A DNA stretch of 64,000 nucleotides from Eledone cirrhosa (Eukaryota): contig OZ024743.1 in assembly GCA_964016885.1 (NCBI GenBank), positions 140,616,001 through 140,680,000 of the forward strand, read 5' to 3'. Below, piece after piece: positions 1 to 15,830 of the stretch. The notes beneath the pieces are model-generated. The model was not told where the DNA came from and did no database searches. It saw nothing but the letters and a program-made list of their open reading frames with translations. Position 1 is the first letter of the stretch, and every line of letters begins with the position of its first letter. A program made the position numbers and the translations under genes.

Positions 1-109
1 CAAGCACCACACACCAAGCACCAATCACCAAACACCAAACACCAAGAACCAAGCACCAAACACAAAACACCAAGCACCAAGCACCAAACACCAAGCACCA
101 AGCACCAAG

Positions 110-3100
110 CACCAAACACCAAACACCAAACACCAAGCACCTAGCACCAAACACCAAGCACCAAGCACCAAGCAACAAACACCCAGCACCAAGCACCAAA
201 CACCAAGCACCAAGCACAAAACACCAAGCACCAAGCACCGAGCACCAAACACCAAGTACCAAGCACCAATCACCAAACACCAAGCACCAAGCACCAAACA
301 CCAAACACCAAACACCTAGCACCAAGCACCAAACACCAAACACCAAGAACCAAGCACCAAACACCAAATACCAAGCATCAAGCACTAAACACCAAACACC
401 AAGCACCAAGCACCAAGCATCAAGCACCAAGCACCAAACACCAAGCACCAAGCACCAAGCACCAAGCACCAAACACAAAACACCAAGTACCAAGCACCAA
501 GCACCAAACACCAAACACCAAACACCAAGCACCAAGCACCAAACACCAAATACCAAGCTCCAAGCACCAAACACCAAATACCAAGCACCAAGCAACAAAC
601 ACCAATCACCAAGCACCAAGCACCAAACCCCAAGCACCAAACACCAAGCACCAATCACCAAACACCAAACACCAAGAACCAAGCACCAAACACCAAGCAC
701 CAAGCACCAAGCACAAAACACCAAGCACCAAGCGCTAAACATAAAACACTAAGCAACAAGCACCAAGCACCAAGCACCAAACACCAAACATCAAACACCA
801 ATCACCAAACATCAAACAGCAAACACCAAACACCAAACACCAAACATCAAACAGCAAACAGCAAACAACAAACAACAAATGCCAAACATCAAACGCCAAA
901 CACCAAACACCAAATAGCAAACACCAAACCGCAAACACCAAACACCAAACAGGAAACACCAAACACCAAACAGCGAACACCAAACAGCAAACACCAAACA
1001 CCAAGCACCAAGCACCAAGCACAAAACACCAAGCACCAAGCGCCAAACACCAAACACTAAGCACCAAGCACCAAACACCAAGCACCAAACACCAAACACC
1101 AATCACCAAGCGCCAAACACCAAATACCAAGCACCAAGCACTAAACACCAAACACCAAGCAACAGGCACCAAGCATCAAGCACCAAGCACCAAACACCAA
1201 GCACCAAGCACCAAGCACCAAGCACCAAACACAAAACACCAAGTACCAAGCACCAAGCACCAAACACCATACACCAAACACCAAGCACCAAGCACCAAAC
1301 ACCAAACACCAAGCACCAAGCACCAGACACCAAGCACCAAGCACCAAGCACCAATCACCAAACACCAAGCACGAAGCACCAAACACCAAACACCAAGCAC
1401 CAAGCACCAAACACCAAACACCAAGCACCAAGCACCAAACACCAAATACCAAACACCAAGCACCAAGCACCAAGCACCAGACACCAAGCACCAAGCACCA
1501 AGCACCAAACACCAAGCACCAAACACCAAGCATCAGACACGAAGCACCAAGCACCAAGCACCAAACACCAAGCACCAAGCACCACACATCAAACACCAAG
1601 CACCAAGCACCAAACACCAAACACCAAACACCAAACAGCAAACACCAAACAGCAAACACCAAACAGCAAACAGCAAACACCAAACACCAAACACCAAGCA
1701 CCAAGCACCAAGCACCAAACAACAACACCAAGCACCAAGCACCAAACACCAAGCACCAAGCACCAAATACCAAACACCAAGCTCCAAGCACCAAACACCA
1801 AGCACCAAGCACCAAACACCAATCACCAAGCACCAAGCACGAAACCCCAAGCACCAAACACCAAGCACCAATCACCAAACACCAAACACCAAGAACCAAG
1901 CACCAAACACAAAACACCAAGCACCAAGCACCAAACACCAAGCACCAAGCACCAAGCACCAAACACCAAACACCAAGTACCAAACACCAAACACCAAGCA
2001 CCAAGCACCAAACACCAAACACCAAGCACCAAGCACCAAACACTAAACACCAGGCTCCAAGCACAAAACACCAAGCACCAAGCACCAAGCACCAAACACC
2101 AAACACCAAGCTCCAAGCACCAAACACCAAACACCAAGCCCAAAGCACCAAAGAGCAGAAACAAAACACCAAGCACCAAACACCAAACACCAAGCACCAA
2201 ACACCAAACAGCCAACACCAAACAGCAAACACCAAACACCAAATAGCAAAAACCAAAGAGCAAACTCCAAACACCAAACAGCAAACACAAAACACCAAAC
2301 AGCAAACACCAAACAGCAAACTCCAAACACCAAACACCAAGCACCAAGCACCAAATACCAAGCACCAAACACCAAGCACCAATCACCAAACACCAAACAC
2401 CAAGCACCAAGCACCAAACACCAAAACCCAAGCACCAAGCACCAAGCACCAAACACCATACGCCAAACACCAAACACCAAGCACCAAGCACCAAACACCA
2501 AGCACCAAGCGCCAACGACCAAACACCAAGCACCAAGCACGAAACACCAAGCACCAAGCACCGAGCACCAAACACCATGTACCAAGCACCAATCACCAAA
2601 CACCAAGCACCAAGCACCAAACACCAAACACCAAACACCAAGCACCAAGCACCAAACACCAAACACCAAGAACCAACCACCAAACACCAAATACCAAGCA
2701 CCAAGCACTAAACACCAAACACCAAGCATCATGCACCAAGCATCAAGCACCAAGCACCAAACACCAAGCACCAAGCACCAAGCACCAAGCACCAAACACA
2801 AAACACCAAGTACCAAGCACCAAGCACCAAACACCAAACACCAAACACCAAGCACCAAGCACCAAACACCAAACACCAAGCACCAAGCACCAGACACCAA
2901 GCACCAAGCACCAAGCACCAAGGACCAAACACCAAACACCAAACACCAAACACCAGGCACAAAGCACCAAACACCAAGCACCAAGCACCAAAAACCAAAG
3001 ACCAAGCACAAAGCACCAAAGAGCAAACACCAAACAGCAAACACCAAACACCAAACACCAAACAGCAAACACCAAACAGCAAACACCAAACACCAAATAG

Positions 3101-3780
3101 CAAACACCAAAGGGCAAACTCCAAACACCAAACAGCAAACACAAAACACCAAACAGCAAACAACAAACAGCAAACACCAAAGAGCAAACAGCAAACACCA
3201 AACACCAAACACCAAGCACCAAGCACCAAGCACCAAACACCAACACCAAGCACCAAGCACCAAACACCAAGCACCAAGCACCAAACACCAAACACCAAGC
3301 TCCAAGCACCAAACACCAAACACCAAGCACCAAGCACCAAACACCAATCACCAAGCACCAAGCACCAAACCCCAAGCACCAAACACCAAGCACAAAACAC
3401 CAAGCACCAAGCACCAAACACCAAACATCAAACACCAATCACCAAACATCAAACAGCAAACACCAAACACCAAACACCAAACATCAAACACCAAACAGCA
3501 AACAACAAACAACAAACGCCAAACATCAAACGCCAAACACCAAACACCAAATAGCAAACACCAAACCGCAAACACCAAACACCAAACACCAAACACCAAA
3601 CACCAAGCACCTAGCACCAAACACCAAGCACCAAGCACCAAGCAACAAACACCAAGCACCAAGCACCAAACACCAAGCACCAAGCACGAAACACCAAGCA
3701 CCAAGCACCGAGCACCAAACACCAAGTACCAAGCACCAATCACCAAACACCAAGCACCAAGCACCAAACACCAAACACCA
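110..3780 (+). repeat. Dispersed copy of the 3,645-bp HOR unit, offset 6,911 bp from the copy at ~7,035
   Basis: Rare markers recur at +6911: CACCTAG 138/7049, CAGGAAA 950/7861, CATCATG 2727/9638. ORF-track pairs 735/7646, 1141/8052, 2043/8954 and 2731/9642 show the same offset. Confidence 0.93.
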
Positions 3781-4910
3781 AGAACCAAGCACCAAACACC
3801 AAATACCAAGCACCAAGCACGAAACACCAAACACCAAGCACCAAGCACCAAGCATCAAGCACCAAGCACCAAACACCAAGCACCAAGCACCAAGCACCAA
3901 ACACCAAACACCAAACACCAAGCACCAAGCACCAAACACCAAACACCAAGCACCAAGCACCAGACACCAAGCACCAAACACCAAGCACCAAGGACCAAAC
4001 ACCAAACACCAAACACCAAACACCAGGCACAAAGCACCAAACACCAAGCACCAAGCACCAAAAACCAAAGACCAAGCACAAAGCACCAAAGAGCAAACAC
4101 CAAACAGCAAACACCAAACACCAAACACCAAACAGCAAACACCAAACAGCAAACACCAAACACCAAATAGCAAACACCAAAGGGCAAACTCCAAACACCA
4201 AACAGCAAACACAAAACACCAAACAGCAAACAACAAACAGCAAACACCAAAGAGCAAACAGCAAACACCAAACACCAAACACCAAGCACCAAGCACCAAG
4301 CACCAAACACCAACACCAAGCACCAAGCACCAAACACCAAGCACCAAGCACCAAACACCAAACACCAAGCTCCAAGCACCAAACACCAAACACCAAGCAC
4401 CAAGCACCAAACACCAATCACCAAGCACCAAGCACCAAACCCCAAGCACCAAACACCAAGCACAAAACACCAAGCACCAAGCACCAAACACAAAACATCA
4501 AACACCAATCACCAAACATCAAACAGCAAACACCAAACACCAAACACCAAACATCAAACACCAAACAGCAAACAACAAACAACAAACGCCAAACATCAAA
4601 CGCCAAACACCAAACACCAAATAGCAAACACCAAACCGCAAACACCAAACACCAAACACCAAACACCAAACACCAAGCACCTAGCACCAAACACCAAGCA
4701 CCAAGCACCAAGCAACAAACACCAAGCACCAAGCACCAAACACCAAGCACCAAGCACGAAACACCAAGCACCAAGCACCGAGCACCAAACACCAAGTACC
4801 AAGCACCAATCACCAAACACCAAGCACCAAGCACCAAACACCAAACACCAAACACCTAGCACCAAGCACCAAACACCAAACACCAAGAACCAAGCACCAA
4901 ACACCAAATA
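2741..4910 (+). repeat. Tandem duplication with a period of about 1,070 bp (2 copies)
   Basis: GGGCAAA at 3112/4182 and CACCAGA at 2888/3958. ORF-track pairs 3348/4418 and ORF ends 3438/4508 agree. Confidence 0.9.
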
Positions 4911-7034
4911 CCAAGCACCAAGCACTAAACACCAAACACCAAGCACCAAGCACCAAGCATCAAGCACCAAGCACCAAACACCAAGCACCAAGCACCAAGC
5001 ACCAAGCACCAAACACAAAACACCAAGTACCAAGCACCAAGCACCAAACACCAAACACCAAACACCAAGCACCAAGCACCAAACACCAAATACCAAGCTC
5101 CAAGCACCAAACACCAAATACCAAGCACCAAGCAACAAACACCAATCACCAAGCACCAAGCACCAAACCCCAAGCACCAAACACCAAGCACCAATCACCA
5201 AACACCAAACACCAAGAACCAAGCACCAAACACCAAGCACCAAGCACCAAGCACAAAACACCAAGCACCAAGCGCTAAACATAAAACACTAAGCACCAAG
5301 CACCAAGCACCAAGCACCAAACACCAAACATCAAACACCAATCACCAAACATCAAACAGCAAACACCAAACACCAAACACCAAACATCAAACACCAAACA
5401 GCAAACAACAAACAACAAATGCCAAACTTCAAACGCCAAACACCAAACACCAAATAGCAAACACCAAACCGCAAACACCAAACACCAAACAGGAAACACC
5501 AAACACCAAACGGCGAACACCAAACAGCAAACACCAAACACCAAGCACCAAGCACCAAGCACAAAACACCAAGCACCAAGCGCCAAACACCAAACACCAA
5601 GCACCAAGCACCAAACACCAAGCACCAAACACCAAACACCAATCACCAAGCGCCAAACACCAAATACCAAGCACCAAGCACTAAACACCAAACACCAAGC
5701 ACCAAGCACCAAGCATCAAGCACCAAGCACCAAACACCAAGCACCAAGCACCAAGCACCAAGCACCAAACACAAAACACCAAGTACCAAGCACCAAGCAC
5801 CAAACACCAAACACCAAACACAAGGCACCAAGCACCAAACACCAAACACCAAGCACCAAGCACCAGACACCAAGCACCAAGCACCAAGCACCAATCACCA
5901 AACACCAAGCACGAAGCACCAAACACCAAACACCAAGCACCAAGCACCAAACACCAAACACCAAGCACCAAGCACCAAGCACCAAACACCAAGTACCAAG
6001 CACCAAGCACCAAACACCAAACACCAAACACCAAGCACCAAGCACCAAACACCAAACACCAAGCACCAAGCACCAGACACCAAGCACCAAACACCAAGCA
6101 CCAATCACCAAACACCAAGCACGAAGCACCAAATACCAAACACCAAGCACCAAGCACCAAACACCAAACACCAAGCACCAAGCACCAAACACCAAATACC
6201 AAACACCAAGCACCAAGCACCAAACACCAAGCACCAAGCACCAAGCACCAAGCACGAAGCACCAAATACCAAACACCAAGCACCAAGCACCAAACACCAA
6301 ACACCAAGCACCAAGCACCAAACACCAAATACCAAGCACCAAGCACCAAGCACCAAACACCAAGCACCAAGCACCAAGCACCAAGAACCAAGCACCAAAT
6401 ACCAAGCACCAGACACGAAGCACCAATCACCAAATACCAAACACCAAGCACCAAGCACCAAACACCAAACACCAAACACCAGGCACCAAGCACCAATCAC
6501 CAAGCACCAAGCAAAAACACAAAGCACCAAGCACCAAGCACCAAACACCAAACACCAAACACCAGGCACCAAGCACCAAGCAGCAAGCACCAAGCACCAA
6601 GCACCAAGCACCAAACACCAAACACCTAGCACTAAGCACCAAACACCAAACACCAAGCACAAAGCACCAAAGAGCAAAAACAAAGCACCAAGCACCAAAC
6701 ACCAAACACCAAACACCAAACACCAAACAGCAAACACCAAACAGCAAACACCAAACAGCAAACAGCAAACACCAAGCACCAAGCACCAAGCATCAAGCAC
6801 CAAGCACCAAACACCAAGCACCAAGCAGCAAGCACCAAGCACCAAACACAAAACACCAAGTACCAAGCACCAAGCACCAAACACCAAACACCAAACACCA
6901 AGCACCAAGCACCAAACACCAAACACCAAGCACCAAGCACCAGACACCAAACACCAAGCACCAAGTACCAAGCACCAAACAACAACACCAAGCACCAAAC
7001 ACCAAGCACCAAGCACCAAGCACCAAACACCAAA

Positions 7035-10000
7035 CACCAAACACCAAGCACCTAGCACCAAACACCAAGCACCAAGCACCAAGCAACAAACACCCAGCAC
7101 CAAGCACCAAACACCAAGCACCAAGCACAAAACACCAAGCACCAAGCACCGAGCACCAAACACCAAGTACCAAGCACCAATCACCAAACACCAAGCACCA
7201 AGCACCAAACACCAAACACCAAACACCTAGCACCAAGCACCAAACACCAAACACCAAGAACCAAGCACCAAACACCAAATACCAAGCATCAAGCACTAAA
7301 CACCAAACACCAAGCACCAAGCACCAAGCATCAAGCACCAAACTCCAAACACCAAGCACCAAGCACCAAGCACCAAGCACCAAACACAAAACACCAAGTA
7401 CCAAGCACCAAGCACCAAACACCAAACACCAAACACCAAGCACCAAGCACCAAACACCAAATACCAAGCTCCAAGCACCAAACACCAAATACCAAGCACC
7501 AAGCAACAAACACCAATCACCAAGCACCAAGCACCAAACCCCAAGCACCAAACACCAAGCACCAATCACCAAACACCAAACACCAAGAACCAAGCACCAA
7601 ACACCAAGCACCAAGCACCAAGCACAAAACACCAAGCACCAAGCGCTAAACATAAAACACTAAGCAACAAGCACCAAGCACCAAGCACCAAACACCAAAC
7701 ATCAAACACCAATCACCAAACATCAAACAGCAAACACCAAACACCAAACACCAAACATCAAACAGCAAACAGCAAACAACAAACAACAAATGCCAAACAT
7801 CAAACGCCAAACACCAAACACCAAATAGCAAACACCAAACCGCAAACACCAAACACCAAACAGGAAACACCAAACACCAAACAGCGAACACCAAACAGCA
7901 AACACCAAACACCAAGCACCAAGCACCAAGCACAAAACACCAAGCACCAAGCGCCAAACACCAAACACCAAGCACCAAGCACCAAACACCAAGCACCAAA
8001 CACCAAACACCAATCACCAAGCGCCAAACACCAAATACCAAGCACCAAGCACTAAACACCAAACACCAAGCAACAGGCACCAAGCATCAAGCACCAAGCA
8101 CCAAACACCAAGCACCAAGCACCAAGCACCAAGCACCAAACACAAAACACCAAGTACCAAGCACCAAGCACCAAACACCATACACCAAACACCAAGCACC
8201 AAGCACCAAACACCAAACACCAAGCACCAAGCACCAGACACCAAGCACCAAGCACCAAGCACCAATCACCAAACACCAAGCACGAAGCACCAAACACCAA
8301 ACACCAAGCACCAAGCACCAAACACCAAACACCAAGCACCAAGCACCAAACACCAAATACCAAACACCAAGCACCAAGCACCAAGCACCAGACACCAAGC
8401 ACCAAGCACCAAGCACCAAACACCAAGCACCAAACACCAAGCATCAGACACGAAGCACCAAGCACCAAGCACCAAACACCAAGCACCAAGCACCACACAT
8501 CAAACACCAAGCACCAAGCACCAAACACCAAACACCAAACACCAAACAGCAAACACCAAACAGCAAACACCAAACAGCAAACAGCAAACACCAAACACCA
8601 AACACCAAGCACCAAGCACCAAGCACCAAACAACAACACCAAGCACCAAGCACCAAACACCAAGCACCAAGCACCAAATACCAAACACCAAGCTCCAAGC
8701 ACCAAACACCAAGCACCAAGCACCAAACACCAATCACCAAGCACCAAGCACGAAACCCCAAGCACCAAACACCAAGCACCAATCACCAAACACCAAACAC
8801 CAAGAACCAAGCACCAAACACAAAACACCAAGCACCAAGCACCAAACACCAAGCACCAAGCACCAAGCACCAAACACCAAACACCAAGTACCAAACACCA
8901 AACACCAAGCACCAAGCACCAAACACCAAACACCAAGCACCAAGCACCAAACACTAAACACCAGGCTCCAAGCACAAAGCACCAAGCACCAAGCACCAAG
9001 CACCAAACACCAAACACCAAGCTCCAAGCACCAAACACCAAACACCAAGCCCAAAGCACCAAAGAGCAGAAACAAAACACCAAGCACCAAACACCAAACA
9101 CCAAGCACCAAACACCAAACAGCCAACACCAAACAGCAAACACCAAACACCAAATAGCAAAAACCAAAGAGCAAACTCCAAACACCAAACAGCAAACACA
9201 AAACACCAAACAGCAAACACCAAACAGCAAACTCCAAACACCAAACACCAAGCACCAAGCACCAAATACCAAGCACCAAACACCAAGCACCAATCACCAA
9301 ACACCAAACACCAAGCACCAAGCACCAAACACCAAAACCCAAGCACCAAGCACCAAGCACCAAACACCATACGCCAAACACCAAACACCAAGCACCAAGC
9401 ACCAAACACCAAGCACCAAGCGCCAACGACCAAACACCAAGCACCAAGCACGAAACACCAAGCACCAAGCACCGAGCACCAAACACCATGTACCAAGCAC
9501 CAATCACCAAACACCAAGCACCAAGCACCAAACACCAAACACCAAACACCAAGCACCAAGCACCAAACACCAAACACCAAGAACCAACCACCAAACACCA
9601 AATACCAAGCACCAAGCACTAAACACCAAACACCAAGCATCATGCACCAAGCATCAAGCACCAAGCACCAAACACCAAGCACCAAGCACCAAGCACCAAG
9701 CACCAAACACAAAACACCAAGTACCAAGCACCAAGCACCAAACACCAAACACCAAACACCAAGCACCAAGCACCAAACACCAAACACCAAGCACCAAGCA
9801 CCAGACACCAAGCACCAAGCACCAAGCACCAAGGACCAAACACCAAACACCAAACACCAAACACCAGGCACAAAGCACCAAACACCAAGCACCAAGCACC
9901 AAAAACCAAAGACCAAGCACAAAGCACCAAAGAGCAAACACCAAACAGCAAACACCAAACACCAAACACCAAACAGCAAACACCAAACAGCAAACACCAA

Positions 10001-13000
10001 ACACCAAATAGCAAACACCAAAGGGCAAACTCCAAACACCAAACAGCAAACACAAAACACCAAACAGCAAACAACAAACAGCAAACACCAAAGAGCAAAC
10101 AGCAAACACCAAACACCAAACACCAAGCACCAAGCACCAAGCACCAAACACCAACACCAAGCACCAAGCACCAAACACCAAGCACCAAGCACCAAACACC
10201 AAACACCAAGCTCCAAGCACCAAACACCAAACACCAAGCACCAAGCACCAAACACCAATCACCAAGCACCAAGCACCAAACCCCAAGCACCAAACACCAA
10301 GCACAAAACACCAAGCACCAAGCACCAAACACCAAACATCAAACACCAATCACCAAACATCAAACAGCAAACACCAAACACCAAACACCAAACATCAAAC
10401 ACCAAACAGCAAACAACAAACAACAAACGCCAAACATCAAACGCCAAACACCAAACACCAAATAGCAAACACCAAACCGCAAACACCAAACACCAAACAC
10501 CAAACACCAAACACCAAGCACCTAGCACCAAACACCAAGCACCAAGCACCAAGCAACAAACACCAAGCACCAAGCACCAAACACCAAGCACCAAGCACGA
10601 AACACCAAGCACCAAGCACCGAGCACCAAACACCAAGTACCAAGCACCAATCACCAAACACCAAGCACCAAGCACCAAACACCAAACACCAAGCACCTAG
10701 CACCAAACACCAAGCACCAAGCACCAAGCAACAAACACCCAGCACCAAGCACCAAACACCAAGCACCAAGCACAAAACACCAAGCACCAAGCACCGAGCA
10801 CCAAACACCAAGTACCAAGCACCAATCACCAAACACCAAGCACCAAGCACCAAACACCAAACACCAAACACCTAGCACCAAGCACCAAACACCAAACACC
10901 AAGAACCAAGCACCAAACACCAAATACCAAGCATCAAGCACTAAACACCAAACACCAAGCACCAAGCACCAAGCATCAAGCACCAAGCACCAAACACCAA
11001 GCACCAAGCACCAAGCACCAAGCACCAAACACAAAACACCAAGTACCAAGCACCAAGCACCAAACACCAAACACCAAACACCAAGCACCAAGCACCAAAC
11101 ACCAAATACCAAGCTCCAAGCACCAAACACCAAATACCAAGCACCAAGCAACAAACACCAATCACCAAGCACCAAGCACCAAACCCCAAGCACCAAACAC
11201 CAAGCACCAATCACCAAACACCAAACACCAAGAACCAAGCACCAAACACCAAGCACCAAGCACCAAGCACAAAACACCAAGCACCAAGCGCTAAACATAA
11301 AACACTAAGCAACAAGCACCAAGCACCAAGCACCAAACACCAAACATCAAACACCAATCACCAAACATCAAACAGCAAACACCAAACACCAAACACCAAA
11401 CATCAAACAGCAAACAGCAAACAACAAACAACAAATGCCAAACATCAAACGCCAAACACCAAACACCAAATAGCAAACACCAAACCGCAAACACCAAACA
11501 CCAAACAGGAAACACCAAACACCAAACAGCGAACACCAAACAGCAAACACCAAACACCAAGCACCAAGCACCAAGCACAAAACACCAAGCACCAAGCGCC
11601 AAACACCAAACACCAAGCACCAAGCACCAAACACCAAGCACCAAACACCAAACACCAATCACCAAGCGCCAAACACCAAATACCAAGCACCAAGCACTAA
11701 ACACCAAACACCAAGCAACAGGCACCAAGCATCAAGCACCAAGCACCAAACACCAAGCACCAAGCACCAAGCACCAAGCACCAAACACAAAACACCAAGT
11801 ACCAAGCACCAAGCACCAAACACCATACACCAAACACCAAGCACCAAGCACCAAACACCAAACACCAAGCACCAAGCACCAGACACCAAGCACCAAGCAC
11901 CAAGCACCAATCACCAAACACCAAGCACGAAGCACCAAACACCAAACACCAAGCACCAAGCACCAAACACCAAACACCAAGCACCAAGCACCAAACACCA
12001 AATACCAAACACCAAGCACCAAGCACCAAGCACCAGACACCAAGCACCAAGCACCAAGCACCAAACACCAAGCACCAAACACCAAGCATCAGACACGAAG
12101 CACCAAGCACCAAGCACCAAACACCAAGCACCAAGCACCACACATCAAACACCAAGCACCAAGCACCAAACACCAAACACCAAACACCAAACAGCAAACA
12201 CCAAACAGCAAACACCAAACAGCAAACAGCAAACACCAAACACCAAACACCAAGCACCAAGCACCAAGCACCAAACAACAACACCAAGCACCAAGCACCA
12301 AACACCAAGCACCAAGCACCAAATACCAAACACCAAGCTCCAAGCACCAAACACCAAGCACCAAGCACCAAACACCAATCACCAAGCACCAAGCACGAAA
12401 CCCCAAGCACCAAACACCAAGCACCAATCACCAAACACCAAACACCAAGAACCAAGCACCAAACACAAAACACCAAGCACCAAGCACCAAACACCAAGCA
12501 CCAAGCACCAAGCACCAAACACCAAACACCAAGTACCAAACACCAAACACCAAGCACCAAGCACCAAATACCAAACACCAAGCACCAAGCACCAAACACT
12601 AAACACCAGGCTCCAAGCACAAAACACCAAGCACCAAGCACCAAGCACCAAACACCAAACACCAAGCTCCAAGCACCAAACACCAAACACCAAGCCCAAA
12701 GCACCAAAGAGCAGAAACAAAACACCAAGCACCAAACACCAAACACCAAGCACCAAACACCAAACAGCCAACACCAAACAGCAAACACCAAACACCAAAT
12801 AGCAAAAACCAAAGAGCAAACTCCAAACACCAAACAGCAAACACAAAACACCAAACAGCAAACACCAAACAGCAAACTCCAAACACCAAACACCAAGCAC
12901 CAAGCACCAAATACCAAGCACCAAACACCAAGCACCAATCACCAAACACCAAACACCAAGCACCAAGCACCAAACACCAAAACCCAAGCACCAAGCACCA

Positions 13001-14340
13001 AGCACCAAACACCATACGCCAAACACCAAACACCAAGCACCAAGCACCAAACACCAAGCACCAAGCGCCAACGACCAAACACCAAGCACCAAGCACGAAA
13101 CACCAAGCACCAAGCACCGAGCACCAAACACCATGTACCAAGCACCAATCACCAAACACCAAGCACCAAGCACCAAACACCAAACACCAAACACCAAGCA
13201 CCAAGCACCAAACACCAAACACCAAGAACCAACCACCAAACACCAAATACCAAGCACCAAGCACTAAACACCAAACACCAAGCATCATGCACCAAGCATC
13301 AAGCACCAAGCACCAAACACCAAGCACCAAGCACCAAGCACCAAGCACCAAACACAAAACACCAAGTACCAAGCACCAAGCACCAAACACCAAACACCAA
13401 ACACCAAGCACCAAGCACCAAACACCAAACACCAAGCACCAAGCACCAGACACCAAGCACCAAGCACCAAGCACCAAGGACCAAACACCAAACACCAAAC
13501 ACCAAACACCAGGCACAAAGCACCAAACACCAAGCACCAAGCACCAAAAACCAAAGACCAAGCACAAAGCACCAAAGAGCAAACACCAAACAGCAAACAC
13601 CAAACACCAAACACCAAACAGCAAACACCAAACAGCAAACACCAAACACCAAATAGCAAACACCAAAGGGCAAACTCCAAACACCAAACAGCAAACACAA
13701 AACACCAAACAGCAAACAACAAACAGCAAACACCAAAGAGCAAACAGCAAACACCAAACACCAAACACCAAGCACCAAGCACCAAGCACCAAACACCAAC
13801 ACCAAGCACCAAGCACCAAACACCAAGCACCAAGCACCAAACACCAAACACCAAGCTCCAAGCACCAAACACCAAACACCAAGCACCAAGCACCAAACAC
13901 CAATCACCAAGCACCAAGCACCAAACCCCAAGCACCAAACACCAAGCACAAAACACCAAGCACCAAGCACCAAACACCAAACATCAAACACCAATCACCA
14001 AACATCAAACAGCAAACACCAAACACCAAACACCAAACATCAAACACCAAACAGCAAACAACAAACAACAAACGCCAAACATCAAACGCCAAACACCAAA
14101 CACCAAATAGCAAACACCAAACCGCAAACACCAAACACCAAACACCAAACACCAAACACCAAGCACCTAGCACCAAACACCAAGCACCAAGCACCAAGCA
14201 ACAAACACCAAGCACCAAGCACCAAACACCAAGCACCAAGCACGAAACACCAAGCACCAAGCACCGAGCACCAAACACCAAGTACCAAGCACCAATCACC
14301 AAACACCAAGCACCAAGCACCAAACACCAAACACCAAACA
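7035..14340 (+). repeat. Tandem HOR, 2 x 3,645 bp, near-identical
   Basis: Markers at a constant +3645: CACCTAG 7049/10694, CAGGAAA 7861/11506, CATCATG 9638/13283. ORF pairs 7646/11291, 8052/11697, 8954/12599 and 9642/13287 have almost identical translations. Confidence 0.95.
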
Positions 14341-14529
14341 CCTAGCACCAAGCACCAAACACCAAACACCAAGAACCAAGCACCAAACACCAAATACCAA
14401 GCACCAAGCACGAAACACCAAACACCAAGCACCAAGCACCAAGCATCAAGCACCAAGCACCAAACACCAAGCACCAAGCACCAAGCACCAAGCACCAAAC
14501 ACAAAACACCAAGTACCAAGCACCAAGCA

Positions 14530-15830
14530 CCAAATACCAAGCACCAAGCAACAAACACCAATCACCAAGCACCAAGCACCAAACCCCAAGCACCAAACAC
14601 CAAGCACCAATCACCAAACACCAAACACCAAGAACCAAGCACCAAACACCAAGCACCAAGCACCAAGCACAAAACACCAAGCACCAAGCGCTAAACATAA
14701 AACACTAAGCACCAAGCACCAAGCACCAAGCACCAAACACCAAACATCAAACACCAATCACCAAACATCAAACAGCAAACACCAAACACCAAACACCAAA
14801 CATCAAACACCAAACAGCAAACAACAAACAACAAATGCCAAACTTCAAACGCCAAACACCAAACACCAAATAGCAAACACCAAACCGCAAACACCAAACA
14901 CCAAACAGGAAACACCAAACACCAAACAGCGAACACCAAACAGCAAACACCAAACACCAAGCACCAAGCACCAAGCACAAAACACCAAGCACCAAGCGCC
15001 AAACACCAAACACCAAGCACCAAGCACCAAACACCAAGCACCAAACACCAAACACCAATCACCAAGCGCCAAACACCAAATACCAAGCACCAAGCACTAA
15101 ACACCAAACACCAAGCACCAAGCACCAAGCATCAAGCACCAAGCACCAAACACCAAGCACCAAGCACCAAGCACCAAGCACCAAACACAAAACACCAAGT
15201 ACCAAGCACCAAGCACCAAACACCAAACACCAAACACCAAGCACCAAGCACCAAACACCAAACACCAAGCACCAAGCACCAGACACCAAGCACCAAGCAC
15301 CAAGCACCAATCACCAAACACCAAGCACGAAGCACCAAACACCAAACACCAAGCACCAAGCACCAAACACCAAACACCAAGCACCAAGCACCAAGCACCA
15401 AACACCAAGTACCAAGCACCAAGCACCAAACACCAAACACCAAACACCAAGCACCAAGCACCAAACACCAAACACCAAGCACCAAGCACCAGACACCAAG
15501 CACCAAACACCAAGCACCAATCACCAAACACCAAGCACGAAGCACCAAATACCAAACACCAAGCACCAAGCACCAAACACCAAACACCAAGCACCAAGCA
15601 CCAAACACCAAATACCAAGCACCAAGCACCAAGCACCAAACACCAAGCACCAAGCACCAAGCACCAAGAACCAAGCACCAAATACCAAGCACCAGACACG
15701 AAGCACCAATCACCAAATACCAAACACCAAGCACCAAGCACCAAACACCAAACACCAAACACCAGGCACCAAGCACCAATCACCAAGCACCAAGCAAAAA
15801 CACAAAGCACCAAGCACCAAACACCAAGCA
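14530..15830 (+). repeat. Dispersed copy of the ~5.1-6.5 kb segment (offset 9,416 bp), containing an internal 210-bp (30-monomer) duplication
   Basis: ORF pairs 5275/14691, 5643/15059 and 5895..6104/15311..15520. Both segments share the private variants CTTCAAA and CAAAAA-CACAAAG. Confidence 0.85.
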
